NCBI GenBank assembly: GCA_965200965.1 | Contig: OZ241744.1 | Location: forward strand, 160,001-224,000 | DNA length: 64,000 bases | DNA from: an uncultured Candidatus Binatia bacterium | GTDB taxonomy: Bacteria > Desulfobacterota > Binatia > Bin18 | Reading direction: 5' to 3' | In this document: piece by piece, positions 39,685 to 49,993 of the stretch | Numbering within the stretch: the stretch's first letter is position 1 | How the letters are laid out: each line of letters starts with the position of its first letter | Position numbers and translations under genes: made by a program | Notes under the pieces: model-generated | Databases searched by the model: none | What the model was told of the DNA's origin: nothing | Seen by the model: only the letters and a program-made list of their open reading frames with translations

Positions 39685-39712
39685 AGGGCAGCCACTCCGG
39701 GCTGCCCTTTTT
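39685..39712 (+). terminator. Rho-independent terminator after phaC
   Basis: AGGGCAGCC-ACTCCG-GGCTGCCCT followed by a T run. Confidence 0.8.
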
Positions 39713-39799
39713 GATCGTGCCGAAGGCCGCGGCTTGCTTGAGCCCGGGCCGTGCGAGTGCTTGAATAGCGTCGCCGTCGGGCAGACTGGGGAACAGACG

Positions 39800-42337
39800 A
39801 TGCGTGATGCGGACCTTGCCGTTCCGGCTCCGGCAAGCGACAGCCTTCTTGCCGACTATCAGCCGGCGGGGGGCTACGACGAGCTGTGCGTCGCGCCCCA
39901 ACAGCCGCGCCCCCACTGGCAGTATGTCATGCGGGCGCTCGACAGCCTTGGCCGCCAAGTCCTGCTGGGCCGCGAACAGGAAGTCCGTCGCCGGCTGCAC
40001 GAGGGCGGCGTCACCTATCAGTATGCGGATAGCCGGGGCAGAGGCCGACCGTGGGCGCTTGACCTGATTCCGGTCCTGCTGACCAGCCAGGAGTGGCGCG
40101 TTATTGAGCGCGGCCTGATCCAGCGCGCCGAGTTGTTCAACCTGATCCTGGCTGACCTGTACGGCCGGCAGCGGCTCATCCGGGACGGCCTCCTGCCGCT
40201 GGAGCTGATCTATGACCATCCCGGCTTTTTACGCGCCTGTGTCGGCGTCCGCCCGGCCTCCGAACGCTTTCTGTTTTCCTATGCGGCCGATCTGGTCCGC
40301 ACCGGCGACCGCGGCCCGTGGGTCATCGGCGACCGCAGCCAGGCACCCTCCGGGGCCGGCTACGCCCTGGAGAACCGGTTGACCCTGGCGCGGGTCTTTC
40401 CAAGCCTGTACCGCGACGCCCAGGTGCATCGCCTGGCCCTGTATTTTCGGACCCTGCGCCACTCGCTGGCCAGTCTCATGCCCCGCCCGGAGAAGCCGGG
40501 GCGGACCGTGCTGCTAACGCCCGGGCCGGGCAACGCAGCCTATTTTGAACACGCCTCTGTCGCCCAATACCTCGACTACACCCTGGTGCAGGGCAGCGAC
40601 CTGACCGTCTGGGACAGCCGGGTATGGCTCAAGACTCTGGACGGCTTGCAGCCGGTTGACGTTATCCTGCGTCGGGTTGACGACGCCTGGTGTGACCCAT
40701 TGGAGTTGCGCAAAGACTCGCTGCTGGGCGTGCCCGGCCTCGTCCAGGCCACGCGCACCCGGCAGACCGCGGTGGCCAACCCGCTGGGTGTGGGCCTCCT
40801 GGAAAATCCCGGCCTGCTGGCCTTTTTGCCCGGGCTGTGCCGGGCACTGCTGGGCCAGGACTTGCGGCTGCCGTCGGTGGCGACCTGGTGGTGCGGCGGA
40901 GCGCCGGAATGCCGCTATGTGCTGGACAATCTGGACCGCCTGGTGATTAAACCCACCGGCCCGCATGTCGGCGCTGAAACTGTCTGGGGGGCGCAGCTGT
41001 CCGCGGCCGAGCAGGAAGCGCTGGCCAGCCGCATCCGGGCCAAGCCGCACCGCTATGTCGGCCAGGAGTTGATCGCGGCCTCCACCGCCCCCACGTTTGT
41101 GGAGGGAAAACTGCGCCCACGGCCACTGGCGCTGCGCAGTTTCCTGGTGGCGCGCGACGATGCCTATGTGGTCATGCCGGGCGGGCTGGCGCGGGTAGCC
41201 GCCGGCCCGGACGCCTGGCAGGTGTCGGACCAGAGCCGCGGGCTGAGCAAAGATATCTGGGTCCTGGCCTCAGAGCCCGAGCAGACGCTGAGTCTGCTGC
41301 CGCCGGCCGGCCGCTCGGTCGTCCTCACCCGCAGCGGCGGAGAGATTCCAAGTCGGGTGGCCGATCATCTGTTCTGGCTCGGACGCTATACCGAACGCCT
41401 GGAGGGCAGCGCCCGGGTGTTTCGAGAGATGCTGGTGCGGCTGCTGGACACCGAGGCTGTCCACCACGACCCCCACCTGCCGGGCCTGCTGTCCGCGGTG
41501 ACCCATACGGCCGTGACCTGCCTGCACCTGACGGGCAACGGGGGCAAGCAAGGGCTGGTGGCCGACGAGCCCGAGCTGCTGGCGGTCATCCTGGAGCCGG
41601 CCCGCCCGGGCAGCCTGCGCGCGACCCTCGATGCCCTGTTGCGGGCCGAGCGGACGGTCCGCTACCGGCTGTCCGACGATACGGCCCGGGTGTTGCACAC
41701 GCTGGACCAGGAACTCTCCCCGGGTCTGAGCCTGGAACAGACCGTGCAAAGTCTGTCGCGGGTGATTGATGGGCTGGCCGCCTTTACCGGGATGGTGGCC
41801 GAAAACATGACCCGGGGCCAAGGCTTTCGCTTCCTGGAGATGGGCCGGCGGCTGGAACGCGCCCTGCACACTATCAGCCTGCTGCGGGTGGCCTGCGAGA
41901 TGGCCCCCGGCGGCCAGAGCCGGCTGTGGGAGGTGGTGCTGAGCATGACCGACAGCCGGCGGACCTATCGCCGGCGCTACGCCAGCCAGGTAGACGCCCG
42001 GGCCGTGCTTGACCTGTTGTTGCACGATGAGAGCAACCCCCGCTCGCTCGGCTATCAGTTGGGCCGCCTCCAGGAGCACGCCGATGGATTGCCCCGAAAG
42101 GCCAGCCTGCCCCACCGTAGCCCGGCCCAGCGCCTCGCCCTGCAAGCCCTGACCGAGTTGCGCACAACAGATGTCGAAGGGCTGTCCGAGGCGGTGTGGC
42201 CCGGGACGGTGTATGAAAAGCTGGCCGGGCTGTTTGGCCGGCTGGGAGGCCGGCTGCTGACCCTGTCCGACGCCCTGAGCCAGACCTACTTCAGCCACAT
42301 TGAGAGCCAGCAGCAATTGACCGCACACCAGGCATGA
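39800..42337 (+). CDS. Circularly permuted type 2 ATP-grasp protein fused to an alpha-E domain
   Basis: RPWALDLIP, QAPSGAGYALENR, DPLELR, MPGGLARV, SKDIWV; alpha-E LFWLGRYTER, GRRLER, NPRS. Confidence 0.92.
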   Translation: MRDADLAVPAPASDSLLADYQPAGGYDELCVAPQQPRPHWQYVMRALDSLGRQVLLGREQEVRRRLHEGGVTYQYADSRGRGRPWALDLIPVLLTSQEWRVIERGLIQRAELFNLILADLYGRQRLIRDGLLPLELIYDHPGFLRACVGVRPASERFLFSYAADLVRTGDRGPWVIGDRSQAPSGAGYALENRLTLARVFPSLYRDAQVHRLALYFRTLRHSLASLMPRPEKPGRTVLLTPGPGNAAYFEHASVAQYLDYTLVQGSDLTVWDSRVWLKTLDGLQPVDVILRRVDDAWCDPLELRKDSLLGVPGLVQATRTRQTAVANPLGVGLLENPGLLAFLPGLCRALLGQDLRLPSVATWWCGGAPECRYVLDNLDRLVIKPTGPHVGAETVWGAQLSAAEQEALASRIRAKPHRYVGQELIAASTAPTFVEGKLRPRPLALRSFLVARDDAYVVMPGGLARVAAGPDAWQVSDQSRGLSKDIWVLASEPEQTLSLLPPAGRSVVLTRSGGEIPSRVADHLFWLGRYTERLEGSARVFREMLVRLLDTEAVHHDPHLPGLLSAVTHTAVTCLHLTGNGGKQGLVADEPELLAVILEPARPGSLRATLDALLRAERTVRYRLSDDTARVLHTLDQELSPGLSLEQTVQSLSRVIDGLAAFTGMVAENMTRGQGFRFLEMGRRLERALHTISLLRVACEMAPGGQSRLWEVVLSMTDSRRTYRRRYASQVDARAVLDLLLHDESNPRSLGYQLGRLQEHADGLPRKASLPHRSPAQRLALQALTELRTTDVEGLSEAVWPGTVYEKLAGLFGRLGGRLLTLSDALSQTYFSHIESQQQLTAHQA

Positions 42338-43218
42338 TCTCCTACACCGTCGTCCATACTACCCGCTACCGCTACAGCCTGCCGGTGCCCCACTGCCAGA
42401 ATGAAGCCCGTCTGCTGCCGCGCTGCTCCGATCGTCAGCAGTGTCAGACCGGCCGGCTCCAGATCACCCCGGCCCCCGCGGTCTACGAAGAGCGCGAGGA
42501 TTTTTTTGGCAACCGGGTGGTGTACTTTGCGGTTCAGGAAGCCCATACCGTGCTGGAGGTCAGCGCGGAGAGCGCGGTGACGCTCAGCCCTGCCGCCCTG
42601 CCGGCCCTGTCGGCCTCCCCGGCCTGGGAGGAGGTCGGCCGCGGCTTGGTCCATGCTCTCGATCCCGAGCGGCTGGCCGCCCGTCAGTTTGTGCTGGACT
42701 CAGCGCTGATCGCCGCCGGCCCGGCTTTTGCCGCCTATGCCGCTCCGTCGTTTCCGTCCGGGCGGCCTGTGCTCGAAGCGGTCCACGAGCTGATGCAGCG
42801 CATCTACCATGAACTGACCTATGACCCGCACTTCACCACCGCGGCCACCCCGGTCCACGAGGTCCTGGCCCACCGCCGGGGGGTGTGTCAGGACTACGCC
42901 CACCTGGCCATTGCGTGTCTCCGCTCCCTGGGTCTGGCGGCCCGCTATGTCAGCGGCTATCTCGAAACCGTAGCCGCGTCCGGCCAGGCCGAATCGGCAT
43001 CCCTGGTCGGGGCCGCGGCCTCCCACGCCTGGGTGTCGGTCTACAGCCCCGGTCAGGGCTGGGTGGATTTTGATCCAACCAACAACCTGCTGCCAACCGA
43101 GCAGCATATTGTCCTGGCCTGGGGCCGGGATTACAGCGATGTGACGCCCCTCAAAGGCGTAGCGTTTGGTGGCGGGACGCACAGCCTGGAGGTGGCGGTT
43201 GAGGCCCGGCGGGCCTAG
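42334..43218 (+). CDS. Transglutaminase-like protein
   Basis: HTTRYRY, DFFGN, GVCQDYAH, ARYVSGY, SHAW, FDPTN, GRDYSDV. Confidence 0.93.
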   Translation: MISYTVVHTTRYRYSLPVPHCQNEARLLPRCSDRQQCQTGRLQITPAPAVYEEREDFFGNRVVYFAVQEAHTVLEVSAESAVTLSPAALPALSASPAWEEVGRGLVHALDPERLAARQFVLDSALIAAGPAFAAYAAPSFPSGRPVLEAVHELMQRIYHELTYDPHFTTAATPVHEVLAHRRGVCQDYAHLAIACLRSLGLAARYVSGYLETVAASGQAESASLVGAAASHAWVSVYSPGQGWVDFDPTNNLLPTEQHIVLAWGRDYSDVTPLKGVAFGGGTHSLEVAVEARRA

Positions 43219-43422
43219 TTTCTGGTGCCTCGCTCGGGGCTTGGAGCAGGTGAAACTGTCCAGTCCTGCCGGCCCCACAGGGCAGAACCGATGGCCACCA
43301 GGGCCCGTCCCCACCGCCCACCCACGGGCGGGGAAGAGGGACACTGCGACACCCCAGAGAAGGAACCGCCTCACGGGGGCATTCAAGGCCGGGTGGCCGG
43401 GACTGGCAAGCCGCGGGCCGCC

Positions 43423-46400
43423 TTATTCCTCGGATGCACGGACCCCCGTAATCATGAAGTTCTGGCTGGCCTCCTGCCACTCCAGCCGCACCTGCCCGCC
43501 GGGAGACGGAAAATCGGCCACGACCGTCTGACCGCTCGCCCCCCGCACGAACTCGTCGCCGAGGGTGGTGACGGTAAACATGGCCCTGGCAAACTCCACG
43601 CCGTCGGCCAGCACCCGCACGGTGTGGGCACCGTCGCCCAGCAGGTTCCAGTTGAACAGCAGGCCAAAGCCGACATCGGCCCGGCCGTCGCACGAGCCGG
43701 CCCGGGGCACATCGGCCCGGCTCGTGCCGCTGGCCGCCACGAGGCGGTGCTCGCCGTCAAGCTCCACCTCGACCCGCCCGGCCTCGCATACCCAGCCCGA
43801 GATGACGCTGATGCCGCTCTGAAAAGACCTCGGGGCGGGGTTCTCCAACACGCCGGTCGGCCGCTCTTCCGCGGCCGGCGGGGGTGGGAGGTCAGCCGCC
43901 GGAGCAGGAGCCGCGGCGGGGTCGGCAGGAGCCAGCATGAAACTCTGGGAGGCTTCTTGCCACACCAGCCGCAGCGGCTCTTCGCCCGCGGTGGGGAAGT
44001 CGACGAGGGGGGTCGCCCCGCTCGCCCCCCGCACGAACTCGTCGCCGAGGGTGGTAACGGTAAACGTGGCCCTGGCAAACTCCACGCCGTCGGCCAGGGC
44101 GCGCACGGTGTGCTCGCCGTCGCCCAGCAGGTTCCAGTTGAACAGCAGGCCAAAGCCGACATCGGCCCGGCCGTCACACTCGCCGGCCTGGGACACATCG
44201 GCCCGGCCCGTGCCGCTGGCTGCCACGAGGCGGTGCTCGCCGTCAAGCTCCACCTCGACCCGCTCGGCCTCGCATACCCAGCCCGAGATGATGCTGATGC
44301 CGCTCTGAGAAGACCCCGGGGTGGGGTTCTCCAGGTAGCCCAGCCGCAGGACATCAACGCTCAGCACATAGGCCCCGGTCTGGTTCCCCTGGCCGGCCAC
44401 GGCCAGCCGGTAGGTCCCGGCGGCGGCCGGCACAGCGAGGCGGAAGTTGGCACCGGCACCGCTGTTGTCATCGGTGACGGCGGCCAGCCCCGGCCCGGAC
44501 AGGGTGCCGGTCACGTCGGTCTCGCCGGTCGTGCGGACCAGCAGCAGGCCGGCCCGCTCAAGGGTCACTTCATAGAAGTTGATCTGGCCCGGCTGGCTGA
44601 TGTGGCCGCTCACGGGGGTGCCCGGGGTCACGGGGGTGCCCGGCTGGGTGGTACCGCCCGTGCCTCCGCCCGTGCCTCTGGCGGGGTTAGCCGGCCTTGT
44701 ACCGCCCGTGCCTGCGGTGGGGTTAGCCGGCCTCGACGGGCCGGTGGGGTCAGGCTGTAGGCTGGCCACGCCAAAGAAGGAGAACTCGGCGACCTCGGCG
44801 CAGACTTGGCCGGCGGACGCCGTTGAGGGCAGCACGGCCCAGGCCGTGCCGTCAAAGCGCACAAGCCGCAGGTTGGCCGCATTGGTCAGGCTGGACGGTA
44901 TGGGCAGACACACGCGCACGGGCGCGCTCAGCCGGCCGTGGACCGGCCTGTCGTCCACGGTCTGCGGAACGAGATCGACCAGGATGGGTGTGCTCCCGAA
45001 GTCAAGCCGGTCGGTTGTGCTGGTCGCCGCGGCCAGTGCCAGGGTGGCCGTGGGGCGGAGCGCGGGGGCCAAGCTGGCTGGTGCCCGGAAGTAGGTTTCC
45101 TCGACCTTGTTGACAGTCGCGGGTGAGGTCGTGCCCATGACCTGACCGGTGGGGAGGATGGGCGGCAGGGTAGCGGTCGTCTGTCGTTGCACACTGAGGG
45201 TGGCGGTGTTGCCGGAGATGCCGGGCTCTATCGTGATCGTGTCAGCGGTCATGGCTGTCAGGGACCCGGCCAGGGTGTTGCCGGTCCCGGTCGTCGCCGG
45301 GAAATCGGCGTCGCCGGTCCAGCCGCCCTGCCCGAGGACATCGGCCCCTCCGCTGCCGGTGACGATGTTGTTGTGGCCCCTGATTGTGACGGTGCTTGAG
45401 CTGGCCATGCCGCTGGAGCCGCCGAGGAAGACGAGCCCAGAGCGGCCGGCCCCGCTGACGAAATTGTCGTTCAGGGTGGCGGTGACGGTGTTCGAGCTGG
45501 CGGGGCCGGTGGCGGTGCCGAAGCGGGCTATGCCGCCAGACACAGCGATGCCGTAGGAGCTGCCCGACTCCTGCAAGATGGTGTTGCCTGTCAGGGTGGC
45601 GTTGACGCGGTTGTTGTTCCCGTCAAGCAGGCCACCCACCACGCTGATGGCCAGAGGGTCTGTGGACATGTTGTCTTTGATCTCGACGTCCAGTCTGCCG
45701 GACGAGGCCGGGGTGGTGGTGGCTAAGGCCCCCACGCAGCCGAAGTTGGAGCCGCCTATGGCCAGAATGCCGGGGGTGGTAGTGGCCGTGCCATTGCCGG
45801 CCAGGGTGTTGCCGGTGATGTAGGCATCCAGGGAGTTTCCGCCGTCAGCCTGCCGGGTACCGCAGGATTCAGCCACTAGCACGATGCCGCCGCCGGTGTT
45901 GTCGATAATGCGGTTGTTCTGAATAAAGACGTTATCAAAGGGAGGCGAGGTTATACCCCCAATTGAAAATGTAAATGATATGAGCTCACGAAAAAGAGGA
46001 GAAAGACCGTCAAAATTACTGGCGGCCAGGATGCCCGCAGCAGGCATATTGCGGATCGTCAGGCCGGTGAGGAGGGCGGATACAGTGACAGTGCTGCTGA
46101 TGACCAGCCCATTCCCGTCGGCGGGGAGATTACTTCCGTCCAGCGTGATATCGGGCGTCCCGTCGTCATTGAGGTCGCCGTCAAGGGAGATTGTGTTTTC
46201 GCACAGATGTGGTAGTATGTCGGCCACGGTACCAATGTCCGGGCCGTCAAAGCTGAGGGTGAGGGTCTGACCGGCCAAGCTGCGATCAAAGGTGATGGTG
46301 TCCGGCCCAGGTGTCTTGTTGGCCCAGATCAAGGCTTCGCGCAGGGAGAGGGTGGAGGGGAGGGAGGTGGCGGTGATATTGGTCCCGCACGCATCGGTCG

Positions 46401-47072
46401 TGGGGTCAAAGGCGGCGAAGGGTCCCTCGGCCTTGTCCGTGAGCGTGTTGACGGTGAGCCTCGTGGACAGGTAAGGCGCTGATCTTGTGGCCACTTCCGT
46501 TCCTGCAGTCTCGCTGAAGACGAAGACATTGTCCAGCAGCAAGTACCCCAGTCCGCTCGGCACCGTGGGCTGCGCGGACAGGCTGTTGAAGCTGAGGTCC
46601 AGGTACTGCAGGTTGCTGAGGCCGGCGAAGAGGGTGCCGGGCAGGGTGGACAGGCTGTTGAAGCTGAGGTTCAGGTACTGCAGGTTGCTGAGGCCGGCGA
46701 AGAGGGTGCCGGGCAGGGTGGACAGGCTGTTGAAGCTGAGGTCCAGGTACCGCAGGTTGCTGAGGCCGGCGAAGTCGCCCGCTTGCAAGGCAAGTAATCT
46801 GGCTTCCTCAAATCTGGTATAAGATATCTTCAGAGAGAAGAGGGAGGCGAGGTGGGTAGTGGTGACATCACCGCAGGCAGACACGCCGGGGATCAGGGCG
46901 ACAATAGCATCTCGGACCTGCGGGGTCCGGTCGCAGACGGGCGGGTTCGGCAAATGGGACGAACTCACCGCGGCAGACGGGCTGAGCAGCAGGACGCTGA
47001 GGAACAGCAGGCCAGATAGGAGAAAGCGGATACGTTGGGAAACGGGCGGGGGGGGGGGGGGGTAGTATACAT
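43423..47072 (-). CDS. Large secreted/surface protein with LRRs, a beta-helix-like region, a PPC-like module and a duplicated C-terminal domain; signal peptide out of frame at a C15 tract
   Basis: 1181-aa ORF 43423-46968 extends upstream in frame into RIRFLLSGLLFLSVLLLSPSAA; ATG 47072 with GGAAGG RBS is separated from it by C15. Confidence 0.8.
43453..44333 (-). repeat. Tandem duplication of a ~130-aa C-terminal domain (copies ~43453-43847 and ~43936-44333)
   Basis: Near-identical DNA encoding LENP..SxQSGIS.ISGWVCEA...GFGLLFNWNLLGDG.HTVR...WQEASQ.F twice. Confidence 0.9.
46576..46774 (-). repeat. 72-bp tandem repeats encoding 24-aa leucine-rich repeats (2.75 copies)
   Basis: Unit GGACAGGCTGTTGAAGCTGAGG...GGGCAGGGT starting at 46576, 46648 and 46720; protein FAGLSNLQYLDLSFNSLSTLPGTL. 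Confidence 0.93.
47048..47062. repeat. G15/C15 homopolymer (simple sequence repeat)
   Basis: Only long homopolymer seen in the window; begins 10 nt into the LRR gene's reading frame. Confidence 0.9.
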
Positions 47073-47151
47073 TAGTGCCTTCCCAGAGGAGAGGATTGAT
47101 CCCTGAATAGCAACATAGTTATGGTTTTGCAAGTCCCCGGGGGGAGAAGCG

Positions 47152-47709
47152 ATGAATGCTGCTGTACAGCTGTACCTCATCCGCCACGGCCGGCCGCTGG
47201 CCGGATTTGGCGAAGACCCCGACCCCGGACTCGACGCGCTGGGCCGGCGGCAGGCCGCGGCCGTGGCCAACGATCTGCAAGCACTCGGCCCGCTCCCGCT
47301 TCTGACCAGCCCGCTGCAACGCGCCCGCGATACCGCGGTCCCGTTTGAGCGCATGTGGCAGTGCCAGGCACGCGTTGAGCCGGCGGTGGCCGAACTGCCC
47401 TCGCCCGGCCGGGAGTTGGCCGAGCGGGCGGCCTGGATTCGTCGCGTCCTGCGCGCTCGCTGGAGTGAGCTGCCGGCAGTGCATCAGGACTGGAGAGACC
47501 GCCTGATCGCGTTTCTGGGCGGCCTGCAAACGTCAAGCCTGATCACCACCCATTTTGTCGCCATCAATGCCGCGGTGGGCGCGGCAAGCCACGATGACCG
47601 CCTAGTCTGTTTTGAACCCGATCACTGCTCCTGCACGGTGCTTGAAGCGACCGCCGGCACGCTCTGCCTCGTGCGCCTCGGGCGTGAGCGACAGACCCCT
47701 GTCAACTGA
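47152..47709 (+). CDS. Histidine phosphatase family protein
   Basis: LYLIRHG, TSPLQRARDTA, THF. Confidence 0.9.
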   Translation: MNAAVQLYLIRHGRPLAGFGEDPDPGLDALGRRQAAAVANDLQALGPLPLLTSPLQRARDTAVPFERMWQCQARVEPAVAELPSPGRELAERAAWIRRVLRARWSELPAVHQDWRDRLIAFLGGLQTSSLITTHFVAINAAVGAASHDDRLVCFEPDHCSCTVLEATAGTLCLVRLGRERQTPVN

Positions 47710-47800
47710 TCCTTGCCTTCCCTCGCCTTGACGACCCCCTGCGCCGGGTGATTGAAAGGGGGAAGACCGCCTGTCAGAGGTACAACAGGAGAGACGCGCG

Positions 47801-48889
47801 ATGGCCACCCCCCAAGCCGTAGAGATCAGTCCGCTCACCTCGCTGACCGCGGAGACCGCCCCGGTGCTGGCCCAGCACCGCTTTGATGAGGCCGCGCTGA
47901 CCCGCTACATGACCGCGCATATTGAGGGCTTCAGCCCGCCGCTGTCGGTTGGACAGGTGCGGGGCGGGATGTCGAACCCGACCTTCATCCTGACCGATGG
48001 GGCCGACCGGCGCTATGTGCTGCGCAAAAAGCCGCCGGGCACGCTGCTGCCCTCGGCCCACGCGGTCGATCGCGAGTTTCGGATCATCTCGGCCCTGTGG
48101 CAGACCGCGGTACCGGTCGCCAGACCCTATGCGCTGTGCCAGGACCCCTCGGTGCTGGGGGTTGATTTCTACATCATGGGCTTTGTTAAGGGCCGGGTGT
48201 TTCGCGGCTATGCCTTGCCCGAGTTGGAGCCAGACCAGCGGCGGGCGGTGTATGAAACCATGCTCGACACCCTGGCCGCAATCCACCGGGTGGACTTCCG
48301 GGCGCTGGGGCTTGCCGACTATGGCCGGGTCGGCGGCTATATGGGCCGCCAGCTCAGGCGTTGGTCCCAGCAGTACGCGGCCAGTAAAACAGACGAGCTG
48401 CCGGCAATGGAACGGCTCATGGCCTGGCTGCCCGAACATCTGCCGGATGACGATGAGACGACGATCGCCCACGGCGATTTCCGCCTGGAGAACCTGATCT
48501 TTCACCCGACCGAGCCCCGGGTGCTGGCGGTGGTGGACTGGGAACTCAGCACCCTTGGCGCGCCCCTGTCCGACCTGGCCTATACCTGCCTGCCCTATCA
48601 TGTGCCGGACGATATCCGGGGCGATATCACCGGGCTTGATTTTGCCACCTGCGGCATTCCCTCCGAGCAGGAGGCCGTAGCCCGCTACTGCCGGCAGATG
48701 GGCCGCCCACAGATCGAACACTGGAACTTCCATGTGGTGTTTTCGCTCTTCCGGCTGGCGGCCATTGTCCAGGGGGTGTACAAACGGGCACTTGACGGCA
48801 ACGCCAGCTCCCCGGAAGCCATTACCCGGGGCGAAAAATGCAGGCAGTTGGCGACCGCGGCCTGGGCCCTGGTTGAGCGCGGCGTATAA
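47801..48889 (+). CDS. Phosphotransferase (APH/ACAD10-kinase-like) family protein
   Basis: GGMSNPT, LRKKPPG.LLPSAHAVDRE, HGDFRLENL, VDWELSTLG. Confidence 0.92.
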   Translation: MATPQAVEISPLTSLTAETAPVLAQHRFDEAALTRYMTAHIEGFSPPLSVGQVRGGMSNPTFILTDGADRRYVLRKKPPGTLLPSAHAVDREFRIISALWQTAVPVARPYALCQDPSVLGVDFYIMGFVKGRVFRGYALPELEPDQRRAVYETMLDTLAAIHRVDFRALGLADYGRVGGYMGRQLRRWSQQYAASKTDELPAMERLMAWLPEHLPDDDETTIAHGDFRLENLIFHPTEPRVLAVVDWELSTLGAPLSDLAYTCLPYHVPDDIRGDITGLDFATCGIPSEQEAVARYCRQMGRPQIEHWNFHVVFSLFRLAAIVQGVYKRALDGNASSPEAITRGEKCRQLATAAWALVERGV

Positions 48890-48904
48890 GCCAGGGAGAG
48901 ACCC

Positions 48905-49993
48905 ATGAGCGACGCCCTGGCCGAGCCGCTGCCGCTGATCTCGCTGACCACCGATACCGCCCCGGTGCTGGCCCAGCACCGCTTCGACCAGGCCAGCCTT
49001 GAGCGCTACCTGGGCCGTCACTTGGCCGACTTCAGCCCGCCCATGCAGGTCGGCCAGATTCGGGGCGGTATGTCCAACCCGACCTTTGTGCTGCGCGACG
49101 CGGCTGGCCGGCGCCATGTGCTGCGCAAAAAGCCGCCGGGCACGCTGCTGCCCTCAGCCCACGCGGTCGATCGCGAGTTTCGGGTCATCTCCGCCCTGTG
49201 GAACACCGCGGTGCCGGTCGCCAGGCCCTATGTGCTGTGTCAGGACCCGGCGGTGATTGGCACGGATTTCTATCTGATGGATTGTATTGATGGGCGGGTG
49301 TTGCGCGGCTATGCGCTGCGCGACATGGCACCGGCCGAGCGGACCCGGGTCTACGCGGCAATGGTTGAGACCATCGCCAGCCTGCACCAGGTGGATTTTC
49401 GGGCGGTCGGTCTGGAGGACTATGGGCGGGTCGGCGGCTATATGGCCCGCCAGGTTGGCCGCTGGACCAGGCAGTACGCGGCCAGCAAAACCGAAGACAT
49501 CCCTGAGATGGAACGGCTCATGGCCTGGCTGCCCGAGCACCTCCCGGCCGATGACCAGACCACCATTTCCCACGGCGACTTCCGGCTGGAGAACCTGATT
49601 TTTCATCCGACCGAGCCGCGCGTACTGGCGGTGGTGGACTGGGAGCTCAGCACGCTTGGCTCGCCGTTTGCCGACCTGGCCCATAACTGCCTGCCCTACC
49701 ATGTGCCGGATGAGAGCCGGGGCGATATCACCCGGCTTGACTACGCCGACTATGGGATTCCGTCTGAGGCCGACTATGTGGCCCGCTACTGTGTGCTGAC
49801 CGGCCGCGACCGGATTCCGGACTGGCCCTTCTACATTGTGTTTGCCCTGTTCCGTATTGGGGCGATCATCCAGGGGGTGTACAAGCGTGGGCTTGACGGC
49901 AACGCCAGCTCGCCCCAGGCCCTTGGCTACAAAGAGCAATGCCGGCAGATGGCGGTCGCCGCCTGGGAGTTAGTCCGGCGGGGCCTTGAGTAG
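48905..49993 (+). CDS. Phosphotransferase (APH/ACAD10-kinase-like) family protein, tandem paralog
   Basis: Same motifs as the upstream gene; long stretches of near-identical DNA. Confidence 0.92.
   Translation: MSDALAEPLPLISLTTDTAPVLAQHRFDQASLERYLGRHLADFSPPMQVGQIRGGMSNPTFVLRDAAGRRHVLRKKPPGTLLPSAHAVDREFRVISALWNTAVPVARPYVLCQDPAVIGTDFYLMDCIDGRVLRGYALRDMAPAERTRVYAAMVETIASLHQVDFRAVGLEDYGRVGGYMARQVGRWTRQYAASKTEDIPEMERLMAWLPEHLPADDQTTISHGDFRLENLIFHPTEPRVLAVVDWELSTLGSPFADLAHNCLPYHVPDESRGDITRLDYADYGIPSEADYVARYCVLTGRDRIPDWPFYIVFALFRIGAIIQGVYKRGLDGNASSPQALGYKEQCRQMAVAAWELVRRGLE

Noticed and set aside
46576-46774. 72-bp repeats as a CRISPR array
   Set aside because: No unique spacers; the repeats are in-frame LRR coding units
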